Of a stretch of DNA of 64,000 nt, positions 36,001 through 49,427 are shown piece by piece. Numbering within the stretch: the first letter of the stretch is position 1; each line of letters begins with the position of its first letter. This stretch comes from Geosiphon pyriformis uo1 (Eukaryota; Fungi; Glomeromycota), in assembly GCA_016748015.1 (NCBI GenBank), contig JAAOMT010000590.1, positions 62,001-126,000 on the forward strand. The letters run 5' to 3'. Both the position numbers and the translations under genes were made by a program. Under the pieces are notes generated by a model. That model ran no database searches. It saw only the letters and a program-made list of their open reading frames with translations, and had not been told where the DNA came from.

Positions 36001-39000
36001 CACATGAGTGGCAATAAAATTTTGTTGCTGTTATGTATTTCTTATTGTTACTACACTATGCACTCATTAACGACAATTTTTTGTCACAATCAATGCATAT
36101 GAGCTTTGATTAGCAATAGGTGGATCATTATGATAGGGTGTAAGTATATGGATGGTAAGTGGTAGTTGGTGTTGAATTTTCTTTTTTCTTTTTCTTTTTT
36201 CTCTTATTATTATTTTCTTCTTACTCCCAAGTTGTTGTTAATTCATCCTGATCATTGTCAATTCCCCAGACTTGGTCAGAATTTCAGGTAAATTCTTCTT
36301 TTTGCTTTTTTTTTCCATTGTTATTTCAAAAGAGTATTGGTAATAGCTTGTTGTGGTCTTCATTGGTCCATAATACTTGATAGGCTTTTCAGATAGGTTT
36401 TTTTTTTCTTTCTTGAATTCAATAAGTGGTGCTGGCAGGATGGTAGTTTTGAAGTGGTTACACATAGTTGGTACACATGTGTGTTAACTGTTCTGGCTAA
36501 GTTGCAGCTTCTACATGGTTTAATTGAGTGTTGCATTAGTTTTGGACAGCTAATCATTGCCAACAAATGCTTAGTACTGGATTGTTTCCATTACAAGAAC
36601 TTTGATGAGTACAATGATGCTGTTGATTTCAATGAATAAGTTGTCTATTTTGCCAATTGGAGTTTTGGTTGCTTTATTAGCAATGATAATTTTGGCGCTG
36701 ACAATGTGATTAATTTGGCAATCTAATTAGTTTATAAGTTGTTTTGTAATAATGTTGCCAACTGATCTACTGTTTAGAATCAGTTTTATGTGCTGCCTAT
36801 TAACTTTAACATCTGTATGCATCACAATAATAGGTTTTGATTTTAACATAGCTCAATTAAATAGTGACATTTCAACTGGTTCCTTGAGTTCAAAAGAAAA
36901 GATGGCTTCAAGAGATTTGTCTTCTGTAATGGTTGCTGGAAGTATATTGCTAGTAAGTGGCTTTTGGTTGGCTTTCAGTTTGTTGGATGTGGCATTTTCT
37001 GAAGTAACCAAAAGACTTAAATAGTTCTGAAAATTTGAGTTTTAGGTGTACTCAGTTCTTGAATTCTACTGTTGTAATCCTGATGATTGATTTGATGAAC
37101 TGGAAATCAGTTGATAGACTATTATTGTTAATTTCCAGTTTTGTTGTGTCATTTTCGGCCTTTGGGTTCTGGTTTGAGGTAAGTTTTGTGGTAGTGTTTG
37201 AATCAGTTAGGATTAATAAATTATTTGTGACTGTAGTAGTTAATAAATTACAGATGTTGTTGATTGATAAACTGATGCTGGAAACTGATATACTGGAAGT
37301 GAGTATAATTGTTGCATTATTGGGATTTGATAAATTGGCTGTATCATTTATATATAATAAGACTGATATTGGTATTATTCAAATGATACATTGTTAACAT
37401 AATTTGGGGTTTGAAACTTGTGATTGGGGTTTTAATATTGATTTCCCAATTGTGCATTATAAAGACAGCAGTCAATTTTTAAATGGTCTTGTTTATTACA
37501 TTTATGGCAAATACACATTTCTTGCTGCCACAACTGATTGGATAACAATGAAAAACACAACTAATTTTGAGAGTGATTTGCTTTTCCTGAATTATTGCAT
37601 TGTTGGAGTGATTAATAAATTGTGCAATTGTCAATTAAGTATCTTTCTAGTTTCTGGTTAATTGAATCACTGAATTGTTTCAATTTGGAATCCAATTTAG
37701 ATGATCCATTCATTACTAAATTTATGGCTTGAACATGATTAGCTTTTAATTCAGCTGCTTCAAAATCTCTGGCATTTGTGACAGCTGCTTACAGATTAGC
37801 TGGATGCATTAAACATATGTATTGCAGAATGCCATTGTGTAATCCACAAATAAATTGATTTAAAATCTGGGCTACAGTGAAATAATTGGTATCAATGGCT
37901 TGAATCTAATACAAATTTTTGTAGAAGTGTCCTAAGTAAGTAGTAACTGCTTTGGTTTTTCCTTGTTTAATGGTAGTAAAAGTGTTTGCTAGCTGGTGTT
38001 ACTCTTAGAATATAGGAAGTATATTAACATATAAATTAGCCAATCAGAAGTAGACATAGTAAATGTGGAATTCCAGAATTCCTTTCTGAGAAATTGCAGG
38101 ATTCCAAGAATTTCAGAATTTGCATATAAGGAATTGCAGAATTCCAAGATTTCAAGATTTCTGGTGTAAAAAATTGAAGAATTCAAGAAATTTCATACAA
38201 TAAAATTTATGTATATATAGCAGTAGTATCAGAAGCTAGAAAATTAATCAAGTAGACTCCAGAGTCAAGAAAACTTCCAGAGTCAGTAGGACTCTCAGAG
38301 TTAATTAGACTTACAAGTCATAATTATTAGAACTCCCAAGACCTTGCAGTTTAGATTTGATCTAAACAACTTTCCAATTCACAAATATTAAATAAATAAA
38401 TATTTACTATCTCAAATCTACTTTCTACTGTCAACACTTCATGTTAATAGTATTGAATACTTAACTACACTAGAACAATAGCTCTTGATCATGGCTATTG
38501 ATGAGATATTAATATTTATTATCTTGGCTTATTTTTTTTTCTTTTTTTTTCTTTGTTTTTCTTTTATTTTATTTATTTTGTTATTTTTTTTGTTTACTAA
38601 CTTGATTAAAGAGATTCATGTATGAAGGTACTAATGTCAGGATATAGTACTGGTAAAAGACCCAGGAATAAGGGTAGATACTTGAATTTGAGGATAGCTT
38701 ACCAAAAGATTGCCAGCCACCACGCTGAGAAAAAAATTAATGAAACTGCAATTTCGGGAAGCTATGGATAAAAACATCAACTAAAAACTCTGTCTATTAT
38801 ACAAAGAACTTAACTCAAAACTTTTAGATATTACCAACATACCAATATTACCAACATAGCAAGATATTGAACACCAAGTTATGAGTTTGTTATTTGCTTT
38901 GAGACTCCAAATAATCACCAACACTGGTTAATACTGTTATTATTACTGAAGTATCTTAAGAATTCAAGTTTGAATGCATTGAAATCTTGAGGTTTGTTGA

Positions 39001-40082
39001 TCAAGCTTTAGTACTATGAGTTGACAGTATCCTAAAGGAAATATGGAATGGCTTGTATGGCTTTGGCATTATTCCATTCATTAATCACAATGGCTTTTTC
39101 CACATCATTGAGCCATACTTGAATGTCATTTTTTTACTGATAAATTTCTCAAGTTTTACTATTGGGGCATAGGCTATTGGATCTAAGTTCAGTTGTTGTG
39201 GTGGTTAAAGAAGTAATTGCTGAGGTAGTATTGGTGGCTGTTGAAGTTGTTTGGTAATTGGATTAATTGATTGCTGATTGATAACAATTTTTAAAGGTAA
39301 GTTTTGCTGATTAATTAACTCAAAGTTTGGATTGTTCTAAGTTTGCTGGATTTGAGTATTTGGAGTTTCAATTTCCAGATTTTCTGCAATCAGATTTTGA
39401 TAATTGAATTCTTGATCTTCTTTTTCCTCTAATTTTGTTACTTCCCATAAATTAGCTGTTCCAAAATCTGATGGAAGTGGCAGTAATCAAAATTCTGATG
39501 GTGTTGGTAATTGCAAATTAAATCTTTCAAAATATTTACCATAAGTTCCTAATAATTCTGCTTTCTTTTGTTTACTTTAGAATGAAAGTCATCCAAATGT
39601 TGATGTTACATTTGATGTAAATGTGTCTATTAATGTAATATTGATAGTACTTCCAAGTATATAGTAATATAATAGCTTAATTGGTGATTTAACTTTTGTT
39701 TTCTTCTAAGTAGATGATTGTATCTTTTAAGGTATTACTGCTGATGTTTGTAGTTTTTCTTGTCTTTGTTTACATAGATAATTGAGTATCTTTGCTAAGT
39801 GTGATTTTCAATTTTTTTGTTAATTTCAATGAGGATTGCTGTGAAATTATGGTTTGCTAGTAGGCTAGTGTTTTGAATTAATTTGTTGTAAAAGTTTCCT
39901 CTTACTGAGTCAATTTTTACTGGTGCTCTTAACAAATATGAAATTTTTTCATTGATGTAGAAGTTGAAAGCTGATTCTACTGATAGATAATTGTTGGTTA
40001 ATTTTAAGTGTTGACAGTAGTATTGAAATAAGAATTTTGCAAATCCTAAATGGTTTGTCTCTATTTTTTTTAATTCTACTAC
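33098..40082 (-). pseudogene. gag-pol: A2 gag-pol (split by solo LTR 37997-38923; RNase H tail at 15992-16107)
   Basis: ORF 33445-33921 with FGLINAPATFQ, VVYLDNTN, FLGHVIS; dUTPase, protease and Gag motifs upstream. Confidence 0.88.
37997..38923 (+). mobile_element. Solo LTR (A-type) in A2 gag, with CTGG TSD
   Basis: CTGG at 37993-37996 and 38924-38927; TGTTACTC...CACCAACA. Confidence 0.93.
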
Positions 40083-40144
40083 TTTTGAATGATTGTTGTT
40101 GGTGCTGGTTTTCTGTAAAATTATACCTCACAGAAAGCACCAAA

Positions 40145-41067
40145 TGTTACAAGTAATTATTTGGAGTTTCAAATCAAATAACAAACTTATAACTTGGTGT
40201 TCAAAACTATTTGCGTTGATAATAATCTAAAAGTTTTGGTTGAGTCTTTTGTATAATAAACAAAGATTCAAGTGTTGTTTATCTGTAGCTTCCCAGAATC
40301 ACAATTTTGTCAATTTTTTTCTCAGCTTAGTGGCCAATACTTCTCTAGTAAGCAACCCATATTTTTTTTGTGTTCTATTTACTCACAGAAGTCTTTTACC
40401 AGACAATTTTTAACATTAATTAATCCATGTATAATTCTTAAATCAATTAGTAAACAACAAAAAAACAAACAAAAAAATAAAATAAAGAAAATAAAAAATT
40501 TAAGCCAAGGCAAAAACAATTAGTATCCTGTCAATAGTCATAATTAAAAGCTATTGTTTCAGTGTGGTTTAAGATTTGGGTTTTATTAACATGAAGTATT
40601 GATAAAAGGAATAGTAATAAGATCCTCAAACAAATGGCAATAACATGGATTGAATAATAACAAATATATTTTATTTAATATTTGATAATTGCACTTCTGT
40701 TGATAGTAATTATTCTTAAAGTAATTAATGAATAGGTAAGAATAGTGGTTTTTATCTTAAAATAAATACTTTTTTTGCTTTTAACACTACTATTATATAT
40801 ACATAATTTTTTTTTACAAGAAATTTTTTTTCTTTGCTAAATTTTCTGCAAAATCTTTGATTTCCTAAAACATCCAAAATTTCCTGAAAAATTCTCAACT
40901 TTTCTGAAATATCTTAGATTTTTTGCATAATTCTGAATTTTTTGAAATATTCAGGATTTTCTGAAAAATCCTCTTTTTTTTTTCTATTCTAATTGGCTAA
41001 TTTTATAGTCATGTGTTTTTCTCTTTTTTAATTATGTATTATTTTTTTTTCTTTTCTACATGTAACA
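40145..41067 (-). repeat. LTR shared by A3 (as 3' LTR) and A2 (as 5' LTR)
   Basis: On the minus strand it is preceded by PPT AAAAGAAGGAAATAA (41068-41082) and followed by PBS TGGTGCTTTCTGTGAGG (40126-40142). Confidence 0.9.
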
Positions 41068-41081
41068 TTATTTCCTTCTTT

Positions 41082-41723
41082 TTAATATTGAACTCCATTA
41101 AAATTTCCTAATATTTCTTTTTGTAATAATTCCATAATTTTTTTTTCTAAGATTATTTTATCTATTTTTCTATAGAGTTCCTCAAATTGGCTATTGGTTA
41201 TTTTTCCTCATTAATTAATAGATAAGCTGCTGATTTCTAGTTGTAATAGTATTTCTGAATAGTCTTAAAAAATAGTGTATATTCAGTAGATAATTTTTAT
41301 GTATATATCTGAATTAGATTTCTTTCCAATAAAATTTTCTATGTCTTGTATAATTTTTTGATCAAAAATTCTTTTGGTTTAATCTGTATACAAATTCTAG
41401 ATCATGAATTTTTGTCCCAGATACCAATAGCAATATAAGACTGAAAATTGTTCTATCTATTAATCTCAATTTTTTATTGTTATTTCTTCTGGTTGAATAA
41501 TAACAGTTGGTTTTTCAAGAGTGCTTTTTATTTTCTCCACAATTTTGTCAATATTATTGCTAATTCTTTTATGTGTTTATTAATATGATGTTATCTTTCT
41601 TTTTTTTGTGTTTTTATAGCAGATGGTCTGATAATTAATTGTTATTTCTATGTTTGTTTGTTGTTGGTTTATGGCCTAATATAATTGTTGTGCTAGTTGG
41701 TGAATGTGGTCTGAAATTTCTAT
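41082..41723 (-). pseudogene. ORF3 of A3 (divergent homolog)
   Basis: (M>I)EISDHIHQLAQQLY...IEQFSVLYCYWYLGQ...KITNSQFEEL...NFNGVQY*. Confidence 0.7.
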
Positions 41724-44700
41724 TTTACTGTTGTCATTGTTACATGCTTTGGTTTCTTATATATTGTTTTGGTAAATCAGATCAATGTGTTTTGTTTCAA
41801 TATGTACAATTGGTTTCAGATCTTGTAAAATCTCATCTGGTTTCATTAGTATTCTTTGTACTTCAAATTGTGGAATACTATTAGTAGATGATGATATGTG
41901 ATAATAGAATTTTAGTCGATTACCATGTGCTGTTTTGGCTAAGATTTTGTTGTCTTATCTTAATTTGTATGCTCTGTTTTTCAGAATTTTCTCAATGTAA
42001 AATGCTCTGTTCTATTTGGGATCAAACTTTCTACTCTATTGTTTTTTCACTTTGATATGATATAAAAGTACTTTGTCTTCAATCTTGAATTCAACTGGTT
42101 TATTTGGTAATTAATTATTATGCCATTTTTTTTGTTTTGCTTGTGACTTTTGGATATTATCAGCTGCTTTTTGCCATTTGTTTTCTAGAGTTTCTATCAA
42201 GTCATATGTTCTTCTTAGAAATGTTTCTTGAAAATTGTCTTTGGCTATTGGTTTAGTTGAATATGTGTTGACTTCTATCTTAATTGGTAATATTATTGTT
42301 CTATTGTATATTAATTCAAATGGTGTTGCTTGTGTGGTATCTTGCTTTATTGTCCAATAAGCAAATAATACTGATGGTATAAACAAATCTCATTTGTTCT
42401 TGTTTTTTTGGCTGATTTTGGCAATTGTTTTACACAATGTTCTGTTGAATCTTTTAATTAAACTATTTGTTTGTAGATGGTACGATGATAATAATAGTCT
42501 TTTAATTCTAAATCTTTGACTTAATCCTGCTAGTATTCTGTTTACAAAATAAGTTTCTTGATCTAATAACAATTTTTTTGAACATCCATGTCAACAAATT
42601 AGATATTAATAAATGAATTTGGCTATAAATTCTGCATTTGTTCTTTGAATTGCTTTCACTTCTGGCTATTTTGTAAGATAATTTATGACTACTGCAATAT
42701 ATCTGTTGTCTTTGCTGATAATTGTTAATGGTCTAACTAAGTTAATTCCAATGCAATTAAATAGTTGTCTTACTTTGATTGGTTTTAATGGCTTACTAGA
42801 TTTTGTTTCTTTTCTTCTCTAACAAACATTACAATTTTGAACATATTGTATGATATCTGGATATATTGATGACCAATAATATTTTTTTCTGGTTTTTTCC
42901 ATAGTTGCTTCTTTATAAAAGTGTCCTGCTGTCAGATCTGAATGCATGTTGTATAGTATTGTTTCTTTTTTCAGTTTTGTGATTACTCTGAGTGATTAAT
43001 CTAGATCTCTTCTGTTTTTCTAATATAATATATTTTGGTAAATGATAAAATATTTTGATTGTTGTTTTATGTTATTTTTTTTCTTTTAAGATAATTTTTC
43101 TTTAAACTGTTGAATATTAATATAATGTTAGAATTGTTAATATTTTTGTGTATTTATTTTTTGTTATATTTTTGGGTTGAAATGTTTTTAAATTTGTTTT
43201 ATTTGTAACAAACTGTCAACATTTCTGTTTTTTTTTTCCCTTTTTGTAATATACAGTATAATTAAATAGTAAAAGCTCTATTTTTTATCTTGTATGGCAA
43301 TTGTCTCCAAATTCATGTTTCTGGATTGAAGTCAATTCTTTGTGATTAGTGTACACATCAAACTTTTAACTTAAGTATTTTTCTATTTAATAACAGCCCA
43401 ATAGATAACCAAGTGTTCTAATGCTAAAGTTTCATAATTTTTTTTAGCTGGACTCAAACTTTGACTGGCATATGCTATTAGATGTTCTTGTCTATCCAGT
43501 TTTTTTTGAGATAGCATGACTTCTAATGCTTGGCCTAATACATTCATAGTAATAATAAATGATTTACTGTGATCTGAATATATTAAAATTGGAGCTTAAA
43601 TAAGTTTTTTTCTTAATGTATCAAAAGCTTCTTGTTGTTTTTCTTTCTATTCATATTTTACATTTTTTGCTTAAAACTGGTGGAGTAATTGGGCCAATTT
43701 GGAAAAATTCTGGATAAAACAGCAGTAGTATTTTATGAATTCCAAAAATGCTTTTAATTTTTTGAGATTAGTTGATACTGGAAAGTTTTTGACAATTTCA
43801 ATCTTGTTTGAGTCTGTTTTAATGTCATCTTTGCTTATAACATGTTCTAAAAACTTGAGTTTTGTTTTGCCAAAGAAACATTTAGTTGCATTCAGTTTCA
43901 ATTCTGCTCTTTTTAATCTTTCAAATACTTGCTAAAGATAGTGTAAATGATCACTAAATGTTTTTGAAAATACATTGATGTCATCTAGATAAACAACTAC
44001 TGATTTTATAGTAATTTAATATAAACAATTTCCATTAGCCATTGGAATATCACTGGTGCATTCATCAAACCAAATAGCATTACTTTAAATTCGAAATTCT
44101 TTTTTTTAGTCATGAATGCAGTTTTTTTTTTGTCAGCTGAATTTATGATTATCTGCCAGTAATCACTATTTAAATTCAGTGTTAAAAACCATTTTTTTCC
44201 TCTAAAAGCATCAAATAATTCTTGGATTTGTGGTATTAAGTAACTGTTTTCATGAGTAACTCTGTTGAGTTTTCTGTAATCTACACAAAAGTGGATCTTT
44301 CCATTCTTTTTACAGACTAGTACTACTGATGACAACTATAGATTCATTAATGATTGAATTAACTCATTGTCTAACATTCAATTGATTTCTTGTCAGATAA
44401 TTTTATGGCTTGCTGGTGATACTTAGTATGCTTTTTGTTTGATTAGCATTGCATTTCTAGTCTTAATCTGATGTTGAATTATGTCAGTTCTGCCAAATTC
44501 ATTTTTACTGGCAAAGATGTCATTGAAGCTATTGAATAACATCTTAAGCTGCATATGTTGTAATGGGTCTAAATTTTTCAAGTTTATTTGTTTTAATTGT
44601 TCTGGTTGGAGCAAATAACATTCTTCTTATCTGTATATTGTTTATAATATGATATCCACATATTTACACAGTTGTAGAAAGTCTGGAATGAAGTTTAGTG

Positions 44701-47144
44701 GTTGTTTTTTAACTTCAGTGCTTAAATATCTAATGATGGTTCTTTTTGGTATCTCAATAATATCTTTTGTTGTATTATAGATGGAAATTTTGATGTGATT
44801 CTTGTTTTTGGCTGGTATGTAAAAATTGATAAGCCCAATTTCTTTTAATTTGCAAATGGTTAATTCTGCTTCAAAAATCTGTGGCTAATCCTTCACTTTT
44901 TTTTTCAATATTAACATATGTCTGTCATATGAAGAAATAGAAACTGATTGACAAGTGGAGATAATTTTTCTCTTGTCAACAATTTTTTTCTTTGTCATAT
45001 TAACTGGTATGTCTATTCTATTTATGGATCCAAATCCACTAATTTTTTTAACTGTAATCCCTAATTCTTTTCTGTTTCCTATGGATACCAATTGAGTTAT
45101 TTTAACCAAAGACAGGAATATTGTCTGTACTATATTTTCATTTGGCTCTATGATATAAGTCTTTTCTAAGTTATTTTATAGTATTGCAATAATATTTCCT
45201 ATATATTCTGCATCAATTATTCTTTTTCTAATGTTAATTTTTTTTTTGCTAAGCTACTTCTAGATGCTAACTGAACTATTGTTGTTGCTAAAATTTCCAG
45301 TGCTATTTTCAGATCAATGCATGTGCACAAATGTGGTTTTAATTTGATGACATTTTTTCCTGAATATCTCAGATCAAATTTTGCATTTGTATTGTGTGCG
45401 CATTTTGGCATAATGCTTTTATTATTATTGCTGAACCATTTGAGTTCCTGCTCCTTAGAAAGATCAAAAAGCATAATATATTGTTCTGAGTTTGAATTGT
45501 TATTGTTGTCATTGCTATTTTACATAGGACTAAAACTATTGTTGTCATCATTATCAGAGTTTAAATTGGGATTGAATGTCAATTCTGATTCTAATACATA
45601 GTTGCTGCTTGGTTCTTCTTCCTCTAGAATCATATAGATCATATATAATGATAAATTGTAAATGAGATCACATTCATTACAATATTGAAAGTCACATGAA
45701 ATCAAACAGTAGTTATATAATTAGGTATTTAATTGTATTGTATATTGTTTTTGCTCTTCTCTAGTCTGTGCCAAGTTTTGGTAGTAGTCATGAAATTCTT
45801 CTGAACCAGTTTCAATGTTCAGAAAAGCATCAAAATTGGGAATATGAATTGTTTTTACTGGTTTTAACAGATTGTTTTTGATTTCTAGAATTTCACTGAA
45901 TGATGTATTTTCAATTTTGGCATTTGTTATTCTCCAAATTTCATCTTTGTTATGTAAGTAGCCATCTAAGCAAGAGATCACTCGATGTCATACTACATTA
46001 ATAGATGTTCTATAATTTACTTAATCACTTATGAAGATTATGTATTGACATAAAGTATTATATATTTTTTTTTAACTGAGAATGTTATTCCATATTCCTT
46101 TATCAAACAACTGCTCTCCATAAACAAGATATGGTTTGTCACCCTACTTTCCTTAATGTTTAAAATAACTGTAGTGTTTTCTATGACATGGCTTATAATA
46201 ATAATAAATTTGTGTCCAATAGTTTTCATTAAATGCAACCCAAGCTTCCATAGAAGACAGCTTTTTTTTACAATCTTTACATTTTAATAGTATATATGGT
46301 GGTTCTAATTTAGTGTCAGTTAAGTATAATCTTCTCCAACTACTATCTATTTTTTCAGTGGTTGTGGTTTTTTCAAGTATATCTTCTTCTTTTTTCTTCC
46401 TTTTGTTGTCTTACAAAAGTATTGGTGGCAATTTATTGTGATCTTTATCAGCTCATAAAATTTAGTAGGCTTTCTAAGTCAACTTTTTTTCTTCTTTATT
46501 GAACTCAATGAGTGGTGCTGGCATATTGGTGGTCTTAAAATAATCACATATTGCTGGTACTTGTATGTGCTGGCCATTTTGGCTGAGCTGCAATTCTTGG
46601 GTGGTCTAATTGAGTACAATATTAGCTTTAGCCAGCCAATTATTATCAATAAGAACTTGGTATTAAGTGGCTTTCATAATTAGGACTTTAATAAGTATGG
46701 TGATGCCATTGATTTCAAAAAAAAAGTTATTGATTTTGCCAATTGGAGTTTTGGTAGCTTTATTAATAATAATAATCTTGGCACTGGTGGTTTAATTAAC
46801 TTAGCAACCTAATTGGTCTATGAGTTGTTATGTGATGATATTGCCTGCTAATTTACTGTTAAAGATCAGTTTGAAAGACTGCCTATTAATATTGGTATTC
46901 ATGTACATCACAGTAATAGGTTTGGTGTCAAGAGCTGCTCTACTAAAAAGAGATGTTTCTGTCAGTTCCTTGATCTCAAAGGGAAAAATTGCAGCTAGTA
47001 ATTTGTTATTAATAATTGTCATTAGTAGAATGTTATTGGTAAGTATTTGTTTTTTGTTAAATTCTAAATGGTTGGATGTGACATCTTCTGGGGTCACCAA
47101 AAGACTAAAATAGTTCTGAAAATTTGGGTTTTGAAGATATCCAG

Positions 47145-48105
47145 TATTACAAGTGATTATTTGGGGTCTCAAATTAAATAACAAACTCATAACTTGATGC
47201 TCAATGGCTTGATTGATATTGGTTACTGGAAGTGTTATGATTCTGAAGGTTTTGGTTGAATCTTTTGTATAATAGACAGAGATTTAATAATGTTGTTATC
47301 TGTAGTTTCTCAGAATCACAATTCTGTCAATTTCTTTCTTTAGCTTGATGGCTGGCAATCCTCTGGTAAGTAATCTGTAATTTTTTTTATGTGTTCTACC
47401 CATTCACAAGAGTCTTTTACTAGGCAATTTTTGACATCAGTAATTCAGCACTTTATTTTTAATCAATTAATACACAACAACAAAAATATCAAAAAAAGAA
47501 AAAAAAAAAAAGAAAAAAAAAAAGAATAAAGAAAATAAAGAAATAAGCCAAAGCAGTTTGCAAGTTAGTATTCCATCAATAGCCGTGATCAAGAGCTATT
47601 ATTCCAGTGTAGTCAAGTGTCAATTATTATCAACATAAAGTGTTGATAGTGGAAAATAAATTATGATAACAAATAGTTATTTATTAATATTTGTGATAGA
47701 TAAGATTGCTTAGATTAAATCTAAACTAAGAGGTCTAAATTTAAAAGGTCTTGAAAATTCAAATAATTATGATTTGTAAGTCTAATTAACTCTGAGAGTC
47801 CTACTGACTCTCAGTCTTTTTGACTAATTTTCTAGCATTTGATACTACTGCTATATATACATAATAAGATTCTTTAATTCCTTAATTTTTTATATCAGAA
47901 ATTCTGGAATTCTTGGAATCCTGCAATTTTTTTTGAGAAGAATCCTAGAATTCTGGAATCTTGCGATTCCTTGTATGAGAATTTTAAAATTTCTGAAATC
48001 CTGTAATTTCACTTGAAAAGAATCTTGGAATTCCACTTTTACTATGTTTATTCTGATTGGCTAATTTATGTACTAATATTTAATTCTTATATTCTATGAG
48101 TAACA
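47145..48105 (-). mobile_element. Solo LTR (A-type) with CCAG TSD
   Basis: CCAG at 47141-47144 and 48106-48109; terminus TCTATGAGTAACA. Confidence 0.93.
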
Positions 48106-48524
48106 CCAGTTTCTGAACTTCATTGATGTAATTCTAATGACTGGTTGGAAGAACTGGGAATCAGTTGATGTATAATCATTGCCAATTTCCAGTTTTGTTG
48201 AATGTAAGTAACTCTCAGTCTTTGATTTTTAGTAATTAATTGTGCTAGGTTTAATGATGGTGTTTGAACTAATGACAGTTGATAAATAATTTGTGGCTGT
48301 AATTAATATATTATGGATGTTGGAGTTTAATATACTGGAAGTAAATATATTTGTTGTATTATTGGTGGATAATAGAGTTGATATTAATTCTAATGGGGTT
48401 GGTAATTCGAATTTGAAACTGTCAATTGGGATTTTGATATTGATTTTTTGATCATAAGTTATTATTATAAACTTAGCAGTTAGTTCTAATATAATTTTGT
48501 TTACTACAATTGTAGCAAACATAC

Positions 48525-49427
48525 TGCTACTCATAAAGAAAACATATAAAAAAATAGTAAAAAAAACAGATAGACCAATAAGAGAGTAGTAGTTAGCATG
48601 TAAGCACATTGCTCAACAATATAGAGCAATGTCAGAAATTACAACTCATTGTTCAGCAATGTAGAGCAATATTAGAAATTGCTTAGCAATGTGGAACAAT
48701 ATTAGAAGATTAGGGCATATTGCTTAACAATGTAAGCATTGCTCAAAAAATTATAGCACATTGCTTGGAAATATAAGTGATCTCATAGAATTTAAATTAT
48801 ATATATATAGCAAAAACATTAGAAACAGAAAAAACAGAATTACTATCAAGACCTCCTTATTATTACATCTATATTGAAAGTATCAATATTAATAAAATAA
48901 TTATTTACTATCTAAACCACTCTTCTCACTATCAATACTTTATGTTGATAGTATTTAATACTTAATCATACTAAAACAATAGCTCTTAATCATGACTATT
49001 GACAAGATACTAACTTTTATTTTGGCTTAATTTCTTTTGTTTCTTTATTTTCTTTTATTTCTATTTTTATTTTGATTGTTAATTTACTAATTAATTTAAA
49101 AAGAATTAATGTGTAAAGTATTGATGTTAGAATATAGCACTGGTAAAAAACCCAAGAATAAGGGTAAACACTCAGATTAAAGATAGCTTACCAAAAAATT
49201 GCCAGCCATTACACTAAGATAAGAATTGACAGAATTGCAATTCTGGGAGACTACTGAAAATGACTAGTGAATCTCTGTCTATTATACAAAAAACTCAACC
49301 AAAATTTTCAAATTATAGAAATTTTCCAATCACTAAAAGCTTTAGATATTACCAATTATATTAGCTATTAAACACCAAGTTACAAGTTTGTTATTTGATT
49401 TGAGACCCCAAATAATTACCTGTAACA
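48525..49427 (+). mobile_element. Solo LTR (third U3 variant) with ATAC TSD, inserted just upstream of the A3 gag zinc knuckle
   Basis: ATAC at 48521-48524 and 49428-49431; TGCTACTCATA...CCTGTAACA. Confidence 0.92.

Larger units (their letters stand above)
13020..41067 (-). mobile_element. Ty3/gypsy element A2, interrupted by A1 (16108-33097) and by a solo LTR; its 5' LTR is shared with A3
   Basis: 3' LTR 13020-13879, PPT, ORF3, integrase (about 14588-15961), RNase H/RT/dUTPase/protease/gag in 33098-40082, PBS 40126-40142, LTR 40145-41067. Confidence 0.85.
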
